NCBI GenBank assembly: GCA_043803815.1
Contig: JAZDJR010000030.1
Location: 1 to 22,905 of the forward strand
DNA length: 22,905 nt
Direction of reading: 5' to 3'
From: Candidatus Micrarchaeota archaeon
Lineage (GTDB): Archaea > Iainarchaeota > Iainarchaeia > Iainarchaeales > JAGVWC01
The position numbers and the translations under genes are program-made. Of this stretch, positions 1 to 8,245 are shown piece after piece; the stretch's first letter is position 1; every line of letters starts with the position of its first letter. The notes beneath the pieces were generated by a model. It made no database searches and had not been told where the DNA came from. It saw only the letters and a list, made by a program, of their open reading frames with translations.

Positions 1-138
1 GTGTACCGGTGACCCCAAAGAACTATATCCCCCTTTGCCCCAAAACAATTTGGGCAAAGCATTCAATCACCAAAATAAGAATGCTCGCCCCCTAAAAAAT
101 TAGACCTTTAAAAACCAACCGAGTTTGTCAGGAGTTCC

Positions 139-510
139 CGACTCTGGGACAAAAGTAGGCTATTTTGAGTTTGACAGCATGCGCCTCGACAAGTACTACT
201 CGTACCAATCCATCTTTGCTTGTGTGGGTAAGCAAACTCGTGTCATAGTCATTCCGAAAAAGAACGCTACCGTTCGAGGACCCAAGGAATGAAAACGGCT
301 CATTCTTGACCTCATAACCGCACCATTCTCATTCTTGGCAGAGTACTTTAAACGGGTACGAAGCAAGTACAACTTTTCCAAAGACAAACGACGGTTCGGC
401 AGCATACGACAGCGGCTCGAAGAACGCATCATAACCGCGGCCTTCAGCCGAGCCACCCTACACAACTACTCAGCCCATCACATGAACGGCTGAGTTTTGT
501 CCCAGAGTCG
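139..510 (+). mobile_element. Non-autonomous, internally deleted IS remnant (MITE-like, 372 bp), ISNCY/ISA1214-like DDE group
   Basis: Perfect 16-bp terminal inverted repeats CGACTCTGGGACAAAA (139-154) and TTTTGTCCCAGAGTCG (495-510) enclose only the 3' part of a transposase gene. No target-site duplication is visible. Confidence 0.85.
155..493 (+). pseudogene. C-terminal fragment of a DDE transposase with an in-frame stop
   Basis: Hand translation: ...FDSMRLDKYYSYQSIFACVGKQTRVIVIPKKNATVRGPKE*KRLILDLITAPFSFLAEYFKRVRSKYNFSKDKRRFGSIRQRLEERIITAAFSRATLHNY. RLDKYYS, IPKKNAT, DKRRFG and LHN are motifs I recognise from archaeal ISNCY-type transposases. TGA at 290-292 replaces a Trp, and AAG at 365-367 sits where the catalytic Glu is expected. 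Confidence 0.85.
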
Positions 511-624
511 AGAATGACCTTTAAACTGCGAATTTGACCAAAATCCCGCATTCAGAACTTTTTAAACGCAGGGTAAAAAAAACCAAGGTATTTATTATGG
601 GTTTTCGTTATTTTGGTGATTAGC

Positions 625-750
625 ATGGATTCCAAGGAACAGTCGCGGGTTCGGTTTTTGGTTTTGGTGGCCATTATTGTATTAGCTACGGTATTGCTGT
701 TTCAGTTAAAGCTGGCTAACCCAAGCGGCTGGGCCTTATTGAAGCCGTAA
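625..750 (+). CDS. Small (41 aa) single-pass membrane protein, not in ORF track
   Basis: MDSKEQSRVRFLVLVAIIVLATVLLFQLKLANPSGWALLKP*. A GGTGAT SD lies just upstream of the ATG, there is an AT-rich TATA-like box near 589-598, and the protein has a clean hydrophobic helix. Confidence 0.6.
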   Translation: MDSKEQSRVRFLVLVAIIVLATVLLFQLKLANPSGWALLKP

Positions 751-809
751 AGCGGCGATTAGTGGCCGGCCAAAACTGTTTTTTGGCAAGGCGGGCTTTG
801 CGTCATCAG

Positions 810-1859
810 TTATAAAACGCAGTATTTTGGGGTTGTGTCGAGGTGGTGTTCGTGGTGGGCGGTGTTGAGTTGGACAAAGTTTTCGCTGATAACGCGGGCA
901 AAAGACTCGGTCTTTTGGCCCGCCGGGTGTTTGCAGTTTAATGGTTTGGTGTACCGTCGTTGGAGGCAAGAGTTGTAGGTTTCGCTGTTGCTGCGGGGGT
1001 GGTAGCCGCGCAGCCATTCTTGTGTGTTGGTTACGCAGTCGTAAATCATGTCGCGCCACGCAGGTATTCCTTTGGGTGCAAGTGTCAGATTTTTTTTTAC
1101 AAAAAAATAAGGGGTTGCTGTTTGGGCAACCAGTCCAACGTTGGCTCGGGAGATGAACCCGGCGTCAAACTGGGCTTCTTCAATGTAATCCTCGTGGACA
1201 TCCAAGGTCTGTTGCCAAAGTTCCGGTAATATAGGCGCGTCGTTGATGGGTCCGGACGGCGAAAACTCGAATGCCGTGCAAACATGATAATGGTTGGCTA
1301 TCATTAAGGAAGCCATGGCAAAGTCTTTTCTTTTTTCTTCATCCAGTTTGTCCCGCGAGTAATGAACGTGGTTGTTTTTCTTTTGTCCGGTACTGTCACC
1401 GGAAAAACTTTTTTCGTGTCCTTGTACCGCCATGCTCGTTTTTTTGTGAACCAGTCGCAACAAGGCTTTGACTCGTTCGTCGTAATAGGCTCGACCAATG
1501 GTACGTGGGCTCATTTCAGAAATCATGCCCAAACGAGGCCCTAGAATGTTGACCCAATCGGAAGCCGTTCGTTCATCGGCCTGCAAAAACTCGGCTAGCA
1601 AAACGGCTTTGGCTTTTTCATGAACCGTAAAGTCTTCGTTGTCCCAACTTTTTTTGACATGCTGCTTAGGCAGTTCGTACTCGTCAATACTGTCCACGTA
1701 CGACTTGATAAGATTCAAAACATTGGTGAGTTCTTTAACTCGAGCCCGATTGTAGGATGCCCAGTTTCGCTGCGTTTCTTTTTTTGGTTCGTACGGAAAC
1801 TTTCGCTCCGTAACCTGCTCCAACAAGTCAGCCAAAACGCGTACCGGCAGTTTTTTCAT
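810..1859 (-). CDS. DDE transposase
   Basis: N-terminal RNWASYNRA motif and DDE triad candidates SGDSTG, FDAGF and YHPRSNSET. I prefer the ATG at 1859 (MKKLP) over the track start at 1910. Confidence 0.9.
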   Translation of the reverse strand: MKKLPVRVLADLLEQVTERKFPYEPKKETQRNWASYNRARVKELTNVLNLIKSYVDSIDEYELPKQHVKKSWDNEDFTVHEKAKAVLLAEFLQADERTASDWVNILGPRLGMISEMSPRTIGRAYYDERVKALLRLVHKKTSMAVQGHEKSFSGDSTGQKKNNHVHYSRDKLDEEKRKDFAMASLMIANHYHVCTAFEFSPSGPINDAPILPELWQQTLDVHEDYIEEAQFDAGFISRANVGLVAQTATPYFFVKKNLTLAPKGIPAWRDMIYDCVTNTQEWLRGYHPRSNSETYNSCLQRRYTKPLNCKHPAGQKTESFARVISENFVQLNTAHHEHHLDTTPKYCVL

Positions 1860-1924
1860 GCCAAAAACAACGCCGAAAGTCTTGGCATGATTTTCGGTAC
1901 ATAAAAGCAAACCAGAACAGGCCC

Positions 1925-1950
1925 TTTTTAGCCAGCCAACCGGCTAAAAA
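1925..1950. repeat. Subterminal inverted repeat inside the IS, upstream of the transposase
   Basis: TTTTTAGCC (1925-1933), 8-nt loop, GGCTAAAAA (1942-1950): a perfect 9-bp stem. Confidence 0.6.
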
Positions 1951-1981
1951 ACCAAAGATGCAAAGCCGGCAAGGCGGTTAG

Positions 1982-1990
1982 TTTTTTATA
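1982..1990 (+). promoter_or_regulatory. Putative TATA box of the PAC2 gene
   Basis: TTTTTTATA lies about 25-30 nt upstream of the GGTGAG SD and GTG start. Confidence 0.5.
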
Positions 1991-2012
1991 GAGCCCCGCG
2001 GTTGTAGTTACG

Positions 2013-2762
2013 GTGAGTTTAGTGAATGACAGTATTCGTTTTTTTGAATCCAAAAAAAGGGATTTAAGGGGGTATACTTTAATCGAGGGATTCCCCGGAA
2101 TGGGACTTGTGGGAACCATTGCGGCCAAATATATGGTTGAAAAACTGGAATTTGAGCTCATCGGCCATATCGATTCGGATTTTTTTATTCCGTTAATCCA
2201 GATTCATAAAGGACTGCCCTTGCATCCCTCGCGGATTTACGCGAACGATGACTTGAAAATGGTGATTTTTATTTCCGAGCAGGTCATTCCGCGCCAGGAA
2301 ACGTACGGAATGGCGCGCGCCAGCATCGATTGGTACAAGGAAAAGGGAATCGGCCGCGTTATCTCGCTTGCCGGAATCAACACGGGAAACGCCAATGACA
2401 AAAAAATTTACGGAATCGGCTCCAACCCAAAAACAATCAAGCTTTTGGAGGAAAACGAAATCGAAGTGATTCAGGAAGGAATCACGACGGGAATCACCGC
2501 GATTATTTTACTGGAACTGGACCACGAAAACATCGACGCATTTTCGATTATGGGCCCGGTTTCCATCGGAACGGATTACAAGGCTTCCGCGGGATTATTG
2601 GAAAAGCTTTCCAAAATCTTAAAACTGGAAATCAACACCGCGCCGCTCTTAAAGGAAGCCAAGCAAACCGAAAGCGAACTGCTAAACCAGATGCAAAAGC
2701 TGCGCGAGAGCAGCGACACCATGCAAAAAACGGAAGACCATGGTCCGGCCATGTACACGTGA
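2013..2762 (+). CDS. Proteasome assembly chaperone family protein (PAC2/PbaA-like) with C-terminal HbYX motif
   Basis: TLIEGFPGMGLVGTIAAKY, HPSRIY, ISLAG and ITGITA motifs are typical of the archaeal PAC2 family. The C-terminus is M-Y-T. The real start may be GTG 2022, behind a GGTGAG SD at 2012-2017. Confidence 0.92.
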   Translation: MSLVNDSIRFFESKKRDLRGYTLIEGFPGMGLVGTIAAKYMVEKLEFELIGHIDSDFFIPLIQIHKGLPLHPSRIYANDDLKMVIFISEQVIPRQETYGMARASIDWYKEKGIGRVISLAGINTGNANDKKIYGIGSNPKTIKLLEENEIEVIQEGITTGITAIILLELDHENIDAFSIMGPVSIGTDYKASAGLLEKLSKILKLEINTAPLLKEAKQTESELLNQMQKLRESSDTMQKTEDHGPAMYT

Positions 2763-2771
2763 GGAAACCCG

Positions 2772-3425
2772 ATGATTTTTTTCCGAAAACGGCCAAACAA
2801 GACGGCTTCCAAAGCCTTGGCGTCGGTCAAGCCTGCCGAAATCAAGCGAAAGCTGGCCATCATCCGAAAGCGAGCTGAATTCCGCATTACGCACGAACCC
2901 AAGCAACGGGCAACGCTGGAGACCGAATTGGACCGGCTTGAAAAAGCGCTTGCAAAAGACAAAATCAAGTTTGACCCTACGGACGAAAACGACCTGATGA
3001 AAGGCCTTCATTTAAGCAATCTGGATTCGGTCCGCAAAAACGTCCGGTTGTTCGGCGGAAAAGGAAAAGTTCTTGACCAGTCTTATAATGTCGGCGAGCT
3101 TTTTGAAAACGTATTTCGCCCAATAAAGACGTTTCGCAAAATGTGGAAAGAATTCGGGATTTTGGTTTTGGTTGTTTATCCGATAAAAACCTCCCTGCGC
3201 GTGGTTTTTTTGGTTCCTCGGGCTTTGGGCCGCAGCCTTGCGAGAAGCATCTGGTACCGGCAGATGAAAAACGAGTCGACCGCTTTTAAAAAAGACGCGG
3301 AAAAATTCCAAAAAGAAAAAGGAAAACCCATGCCCATTCTTGCATACAAGCTTTATTTTGGCAGTGATGATTACAAGAAATATTTAAAAAAAGAAGCTGC
3401 CGAACAAAAGAAAAAAGCGGCGTAA
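2772..3425 (+). CDS. Hypothetical basic protein with one hydrophobic segment
   Basis: 217-aa ORF 9 nt after PAC2 with a GAGG SD. It is Lys/Arg-rich and contains FGILVLVVYPI. No family recognised. Confidence 0.75.
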   Translation: MIFFRKRPNKTASKALASVKPAEIKRKLAIIRKRAEFRITHEPKQRATLETELDRLEKALAKDKIKFDPTDENDLMKGLHLSNLDSVRKNVRLFGGKGKVLDQSYNVGELFENVFRPIKTFRKMWKEFGILVLVVYPIKTSLRVVFLVPRALGRSLARSIWYRQMKNESTAFKKDAEKFQKEKGKPMPILAYKLYFGSDDYKKYLKKEAAEQKKKAA

Positions 3426-3517
3426 CTTCCAAAAAGAAAAAAATTATTCGAATTTTTAAATTCTGATTTTAAAAAAAAGAATTTCTTTTTTGTTATTTGG
3501 GACCGCTGAAAATTTGT
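3426..3517. terminator. AT-rich convergent intergenic region, probable bidirectional oligo-T terminator
   Basis: A-tracts and T-tracts lie between two convergent genes. Confidence 0.4.
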
Positions 3518-6500
3518 TCATTCTTTTTTGGATTTGGTCCGGATAACCGTAATGGTTCCGATTAAGCCGAGGATGAACAAGGCCAGCAATAGAGGGTTTT
3601 CTGGCAGGGAAGGCAGGTTGAATCCGTTTCCTTTGTCTCCGCCGATGTTCAGGTTCAATAGGTTGCCGGTTGCCTGCGTAGAGACTTTTCCATCGGGCCC
3701 TACCTGGGTGCTTAAACCGTTTTGCTTGAATGCTTCCAATAATGGCAAGAGTTGCGCGTTTTCGGTGTACCATAGGCCTTTGTTGGGGTCGTACCAGAAC
3801 GCGCCTTTGTCGCCTTGCGCGCTGATTAACGGTTCTGGCTGGCCGTTATAGGTAAGTATCGGCTTTCCGCCTTCGGATGAAAAGTCCAGGGTATGCTCTT
3901 TTCCGTCCGCGGTTGTTATTTTAACGCCGTTGGGGGTGGGTGTAATCGAGGTAATGGGCTGGTCGACGAGTGTTTCGCCGGTGTTTTTGTCGATGACTTT
4001 GAAGTAATCCCGGCATTTTCCGTTTTCCAGTTTCGAGTAAAAAATGAACCGCTTGCTTGGCGTGTCGAATATTTTGTAGGGCCCAAAGTTTTGCAGGCTT
4101 TGGTTGAATGCCGCGACTTTGGAAGCGTCCAGTTCGGAGTTCGGATTGGCGAGCGCTTCAAGGTTAATCGCGGGTTCCGCGCACTGGTTTTCGGGGTTGA
4201 CGGAAGTGGTCGGCGTTGCACGCAGCCCTTGCACTTGATTTTGGTTCAGGATGGTTTTTTCATTGCGCTTGAGCCAGACCAATAATTCGTTGGTTTGGGG
4301 ATTGTACAAAATGACGCCGTTTTGAAACTGAATGCTTTGCATATGTCCCACTTGGGGGTCGCCGTCGACGGAAGCAATGAGTTCGGTAGTGGTGTCCGAC
4401 CATACGTCCGCGTGCGAGTCCGGTCCGTCCGCGACTTTGCGGGGAATTCCTTCCGCGGTAATGCGCTGGCTTTCAGGCTGGGAAAAAATCTGGGGATGCG
4501 TGTCGGTTACAATGGCCTGCGTCTTTCCGAATACTTCGCTTAGGTTGTCGCCGGCCATCCCGACGCCGGTCTGAGCTTTTACCCCTTCGCGAATGCAATT
4601 GAGAACCTGCGGATGCAGCACATAAGTGTCGCCGTCGACGTTCATGCGGAAAATAATGGTTTTTTCGTCCGACGGCAATCCGATTTTGGTAATCATGCCG
4701 GGGTATTCCATAGCCGGAATGTTGCTGTTAAGCGTTGCAAACCGCGTGATGTCGGGGTCGGTAATGACGGGTTTTCCGTCGACCAAGACCTGTCCTTTTT
4801 TGAAATCGTTTTTGACGTTTATTTTGCCGTCCGTGATGTCCTGCTCCCCTTCGGTGCGGTATTTGCTCGGCGTCAGTTCGCTTCCGCCTTGCAGCCACAA
4901 ATAAAACAAGTGGGTTCCGGAAAATTGTCCGCTGGTCTGGCCGTTGGTCGTAAGCACGCCTTCAACCAGGTCCTTGGTTTCCGCGTTGCTGATCAAATCG
5001 TCGATTTTCTGCTTGGCATCGTTGGCGGCTTGCCCTGTCCAGCTGTTGGTGTCGCCTTTGAGAGCTCCTAAGACCCTGTCGCTTCCTTCTTTTACTGCGT
5101 TGGCGACTTTGTTCGTGCTTTTGTCCGCCGGGGTTTCGGCTTTTTTGTCGGATTGCGGCGCGGGCGAGAAAAAGTGGATAAAATAGCCTTCCTGCGCGTC
5201 CACGCAGTCCTGTAGTTGGGGCGCAAGCAAAGTTTGCTGCAAGGCGCTTCCCAAAAATCCCGCCCAGGTGAATACCGCGTATCCGAGGGTTTCCATTCCG
5301 ACGAGCACCCCGCCGACGGAGGCGTCTTCGGGAAACACTGCGCCGATTATTGGAATGCTTTTGTTCATTTTTTTAACGAGGTCCTGGCAGGTTGTTTTGT
5401 TCCTCACGGCTTCGTCCAAATCGATGTGGCCTTTGGCGATGTCTTTGGTCTCGCCGCTTAAATTGGTGCGGGAAGCGTAGGCAATCAGGGTTTGGCCGAT
5501 GTCTTTTTGGTCGTTAGGGGTGTCTTCCAAAAAAAACGACTGCAATTTTTGAGGGGAGAAAAAGAAAGGGGAAAAAAGGAAAGTTCCTTTGTGCTGCAGG
5601 GAAATTTTGCAGAGACTGCAGTCTTCGGGCCCCGACGTGTACACGGCAAGGCTTCCGACTTCGCTTCGCGCTTCGTTATGCGTGATGCTCTGGTAAAAGT
5701 CGTTGATGGGATTGTATTCCTGCGATAATTTGTCCAGAATCACTTTCCAGGGAAGCTTGTTCAAAAAGGCGACAAAGATGTCGCCTTGGTCGCTTCCTTC
5801 GTTGGAAAAAAAGTCGATGTAGGAAAATTTGTACAGGTCGCTGTCTCCAAGGTCCAAGGAAAGCGTTTTCCAGGTGTCGGGCAGTTGGTAAAGCGAAATG
5901 GCTTCCTGTCCGAATCCGCGCTTAAATCCCCAAAACGCGAAAGGATAAGCGGTCAGTTTGGCGCCGCCTTTGGGGGACAAATACGATTTGATTATTTGAT
6001 TTTCTTTGGCAAAGTATTGGTCCAACAAGCTGCCCCAGTGTTCGCGGTTCTGGAATCCTTTTTCGCGCAGTACCTGCTGCATGAATGTCAGGTTGTTGGC
6101 AAAGTTTTTGAGGGGCTTTGCGCCTTTGGTTGTCATCATCAGGTCGGCCAAGTCGTCGGCGGATAATTGCCTCGCGGGCTGCCATTTTCCGGTAAACAGT
6201 TCGACATCGCCGCCGCTTTTTTTGAGGATGTAAGCGAGGTTTCCTTTATTGAACGGAACGCTTTCGCCGTTTTCGAGTTTGGCAAACGCACCCGCATAAT
6301 TGTTGTTTTGGATGGCTTCTTCCAAGGCGTCTTTGGTCAGTTTGGCAACGGATTTTTCGGGCTGCAGGGTGTACAATTGGAGCTTTCCGTCAACGGATGT
6401 CAGGCTGGTCCCCCATTTTTTTCCCGTTCCGGTGAGCCATTTTTCGTCGAAATGAAAGTGGCCATCTTCGGCCATTTTGTTAAGCGCCAGGTCGTAAAAG

Positions 6501-8188
6501 TCCGAGTTTTGCGCGAGCTGGGTAAATTCGCCGTCGGATTTTTGAACCGCGTATTTTTGCCAGTCCACGCTTTTGTGGTTCAAGTGCCATTGCGGAACAT
6601 CGATTCCGGTCACGTCATCGATTTGGTCCCAAAGTTTTCCCTGAGTTGCCGCGAATTTTCGCTTTGCGATAATATACCCCGGGTCGGTTGCCAAAAGCCC
6701 TTTGGTTGCCGCCTTGAATTCGTCTTCCGCCAATTGGCGTTCCAGTTCTGTTGAGCGCGCGATGTTTTTCATATTGGTGACATAGTTGTAAACGTTTCCG
6801 CGCTCGATCGGGTCGGTAATCGGCGCGAGTTCTTTCTGAAAGGTCGGGTTCCACCACGCGGAAAATTGCCCGCCTTCCAGCACGGCTTTGTCGCTTACCA
6901 ATTTGGCGTCAAACATCACGCTTTTGGTCCGCAATTGGGCGAGGTTTCGCTTGGTCAGCTCATTAAAGGCGAACTGGTTCGGCCGCTGGTAAAGGCTGCG
7001 GATTCGTTTTCCCAAAGCGGAATCCGAGATTTTGGGGATAAGGTCGGAGCGGATTTTGGCATAGCCGAATGCGCGTCCGGCCTGGTTTAAAAAAGTGGGA
7101 CCAAACGAGCTGAGCAGGGTAAAGCCGCTAGAATACGCGTTGAACATTTTGTCAAACATGGAGTACGTGTTGATGTAGCATGCGGCATTCGTGCAGTTGG
7201 AATTCATGCTCGCGGAAAACGAGTCGGTCAGAATCGAATTGGGGATTATTTTTCCGCGGATGCGCTCCGCGAGCTGCACGGGAACCTGATTGGTGTCCGC
7301 GACCTGCAATAAGGAAGCGCGGACGTCGGCCAGGTCGCTTGGGGGAATTCCCTGGATTGAAACGTTCGCGTCGTTCATTTTGAATTTGTTCCACAGGTGC
7401 GAAAAAACGTTTTTGTAATTCTGAACAATGCCGCTTCCGCTGTTGCGCAGTTCCATGTTCTTGCCGAGGACCGAGCAGTTTTTGGTCATGTCAAGGCAGC
7501 GGCCCGCGCGGACCGAATCGTTGACCAGCAATCCGAATGCGAATGCGCCCGTGGAAAAATTGTTCAGCAGGTGTTCGATTTCGGCGGGGTCTATTTTTTG
7601 GTTGGGAATTTTTTGCTTGATGGCCAAGTCGCCTTTTTCATCCGGAATAATCACGTTGTTTTGGTCGAGTGTTTCGCGGTTTTTTTTGGCGGGCTTTCCC
7701 GCGTCGATTTGTTTTCCGACAAATCCTTTGCGAAGGGTCTCGTCCCATAATTTGTTGCGCTCAAGCGGGGACAATTCCGTATTCGAGCAGGTGAATCCTG
7801 TGCGGCTGGGCGGATTGTACTGGGGGTTGACATCCAGCAGGCTTTGCTGCTGCTGGTTAAGCGGAATTTCCGCGGGAATATTGGGCCGGATAAACGGCTG
7901 GCCGGTATTGGGGTCGATGACTGCGGGGTCTTTGGCAATGGATTGCTGGACTTCGGGAATAAAAAGCGAGTTTAGCGGGTCGTTTGGATTGGACGCGGGA
8001 TTTTGATTTGGGGTGCTTGGGGTATTTAACATCTCATTTAAAGCGCCGGAAGAATTGGGGTTGGAAGCGGGATTTGAACCCGAACCTGGCGCCGGCGAAG
8101 AGGCGGTTTGGGCGATGACTGACACCCACGGCGCGTCCAGTAAAATCAGGATTAAAAAAATGTGCATCCATGCCTGGTAATTCGCCAA
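3518..8188 (-). CDS. Giant (1556 aa) secreted cell-surface protein with C-terminal membrane anchor
   Basis: N-terminal signal peptide (IFLILILLDAPWVSVIA-Q), Ser/Pro/Asn linker and several Cys pairs. The C-terminus is LPSLPEN + hydrophobic helix + RTKSKKE. TTG start with a GGTG SD. Confidence 0.9.
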   Translation of the reverse strand: MANYQAWMHIFLILILLDAPWVSVIAQTASSPAPGSGSNPASNPNSSGALNEMLNTPSTPNQNPASNPNDPLNSLFIPEVQQSIAKDPAVIDPNTGQPFIRPNIPAEIPLNQQQQSLLDVNPQYNPPSRTGFTCSNTELSPLERNKLWDETLRKGFVGKQIDAGKPAKKNRETLDQNNVIIPDEKGDLAIKQKIPNQKIDPAEIEHLLNNFSTGAFAFGLLVNDSVRAGRCLDMTKNCSVLGKNMELRNSGSGIVQNYKNVFSHLWNKFKMNDANVSIQGIPPSDLADVRASLLQVADTNQVPVQLAERIRGKIIPNSILTDSFSASMNSNCTNAACYINTYSMFDKMFNAYSSGFTLLSSFGPTFLNQAGRAFGYAKIRSDLIPKISDSALGKRIRSLYQRPNQFAFNELTKRNLAQLRTKSVMFDAKLVSDKAVLEGGQFSAWWNPTFQKELAPITDPIERGNVYNYVTNMKNIARSTELERQLAEDEFKAATKGLLATDPGYIIAKRKFAATQGKLWDQIDDVTGIDVPQWHLNHKSVDWQKYAVQKSDGEFTQLAQNSDFYDLALNKMAEDGHFHFDEKWLTGTGKKWGTSLTSVDGKLQLYTLQPEKSVAKLTKDALEEAIQNNNYAGAFAKLENGESVPFNKGNLAYILKKSGGDVELFTGKWQPARQLSADDLADLMMTTKGAKPLKNFANNLTFMQQVLREKGFQNREHWGSLLDQYFAKENQIIKSYLSPKGGAKLTAYPFAFWGFKRGFGQEAISLYQLPDTWKTLSLDLGDSDLYKFSYIDFFSNEGSDQGDIFVAFLNKLPWKVILDKLSQEYNPINDFYQSITHNEARSEVGSLAVYTSGPEDCSLCKISLQHKGTFLFSPFFFSPQKLQSFFLEDTPNDQKDIGQTLIAYASRTNLSGETKDIAKGHIDLDEAVRNKTTCQDLVKKMNKSIPIIGAVFPEDASVGGVLVGMETLGYAVFTWAGFLGSALQQTLLAPQLQDCVDAQEGYFIHFFSPAPQSDKKAETPADKSTNKVANAVKEGSDRVLGALKGDTNSWTGQAANDAKQKIDDLISNAETKDLVEGVLTTNGQTSGQFSGTHLFYLWLQGGSELTPSKYRTEGEQDITDGKINVKNDFKKGQVLVDGKPVITDPDITRFATLNSNIPAMEYPGMITKIGLPSDEKTIIFRMNVDGDTYVLHPQVLNCIREGVKAQTGVGMAGDNLSEVFGKTQAIVTDTHPQIFSQPESQRITAEGIPRKVADGPDSHADVWSDTTTELIASVDGDPQVGHMQSIQFQNGVILYNPQTNELLVWLKRNEKTILNQNQVQGLRATPTTSVNPENQCAEPAINLEALANPNSELDASKVAAFNQSLQNFGPYKIFDTPSKRFIFYSKLENGKCRDYFKVIDKNTGETLVDQPITSITPTPNGVKITTADGKEHTLDFSSEGGKPILTYNGQPEPLISAQGDKGAFWYDPNKGLWYTENAQLLPLLEAFKQNGLSTQVGPDGKVSTQATGNLLNLNIGGDKGNGFNLPSLPENPLLLALFILGLIGTITVIRTKSKKE

Positions 8189-8245
8189 AATCGCACCGTA
8201 TTTAATTGGGATTTTGGTAATAAAAGGATTCGCTTGTTTGGGGTT

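Larger units (their letters stand above)
794..1967 (-). mobile_element. Complete insertion sequence, 1174 bp, DDE type (IS5-like/ISNCY)
   Basis: TIRs GGCTTTGCGTC (794-804) and GATGCAAAGCC (1957-1967) match at 10/11. A 9-bp direct repeat GGCAAGGCG flanks both ends (785-793 and 1968-1976). One transposase ORF fills the element. Confidence 0.92.

Noticed and set aside
33-59. Hairpin CTTTGCCC...GGGCAAAG
   Set aside because: It is a real 8-bp stem, but there is no context at the window edge to assign a function.
290-292. In-frame TGA at a Trp position suggesting an alternative genetic code
   Set aside because: Intact genes here end in TGA (2762, 10874, 12082) and use TGG for Trp. The fragment is also truncated and catalytically mutated, so it is a pseudogene.
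103-525. Direct repeat GACCTTTAAA at 103-112 and 516-525 as the TSD of the IS remnant
   Set aside because: It is not adjacent to the TIRs (26 and 5 nt away) and is AT-rich and TATA-like.
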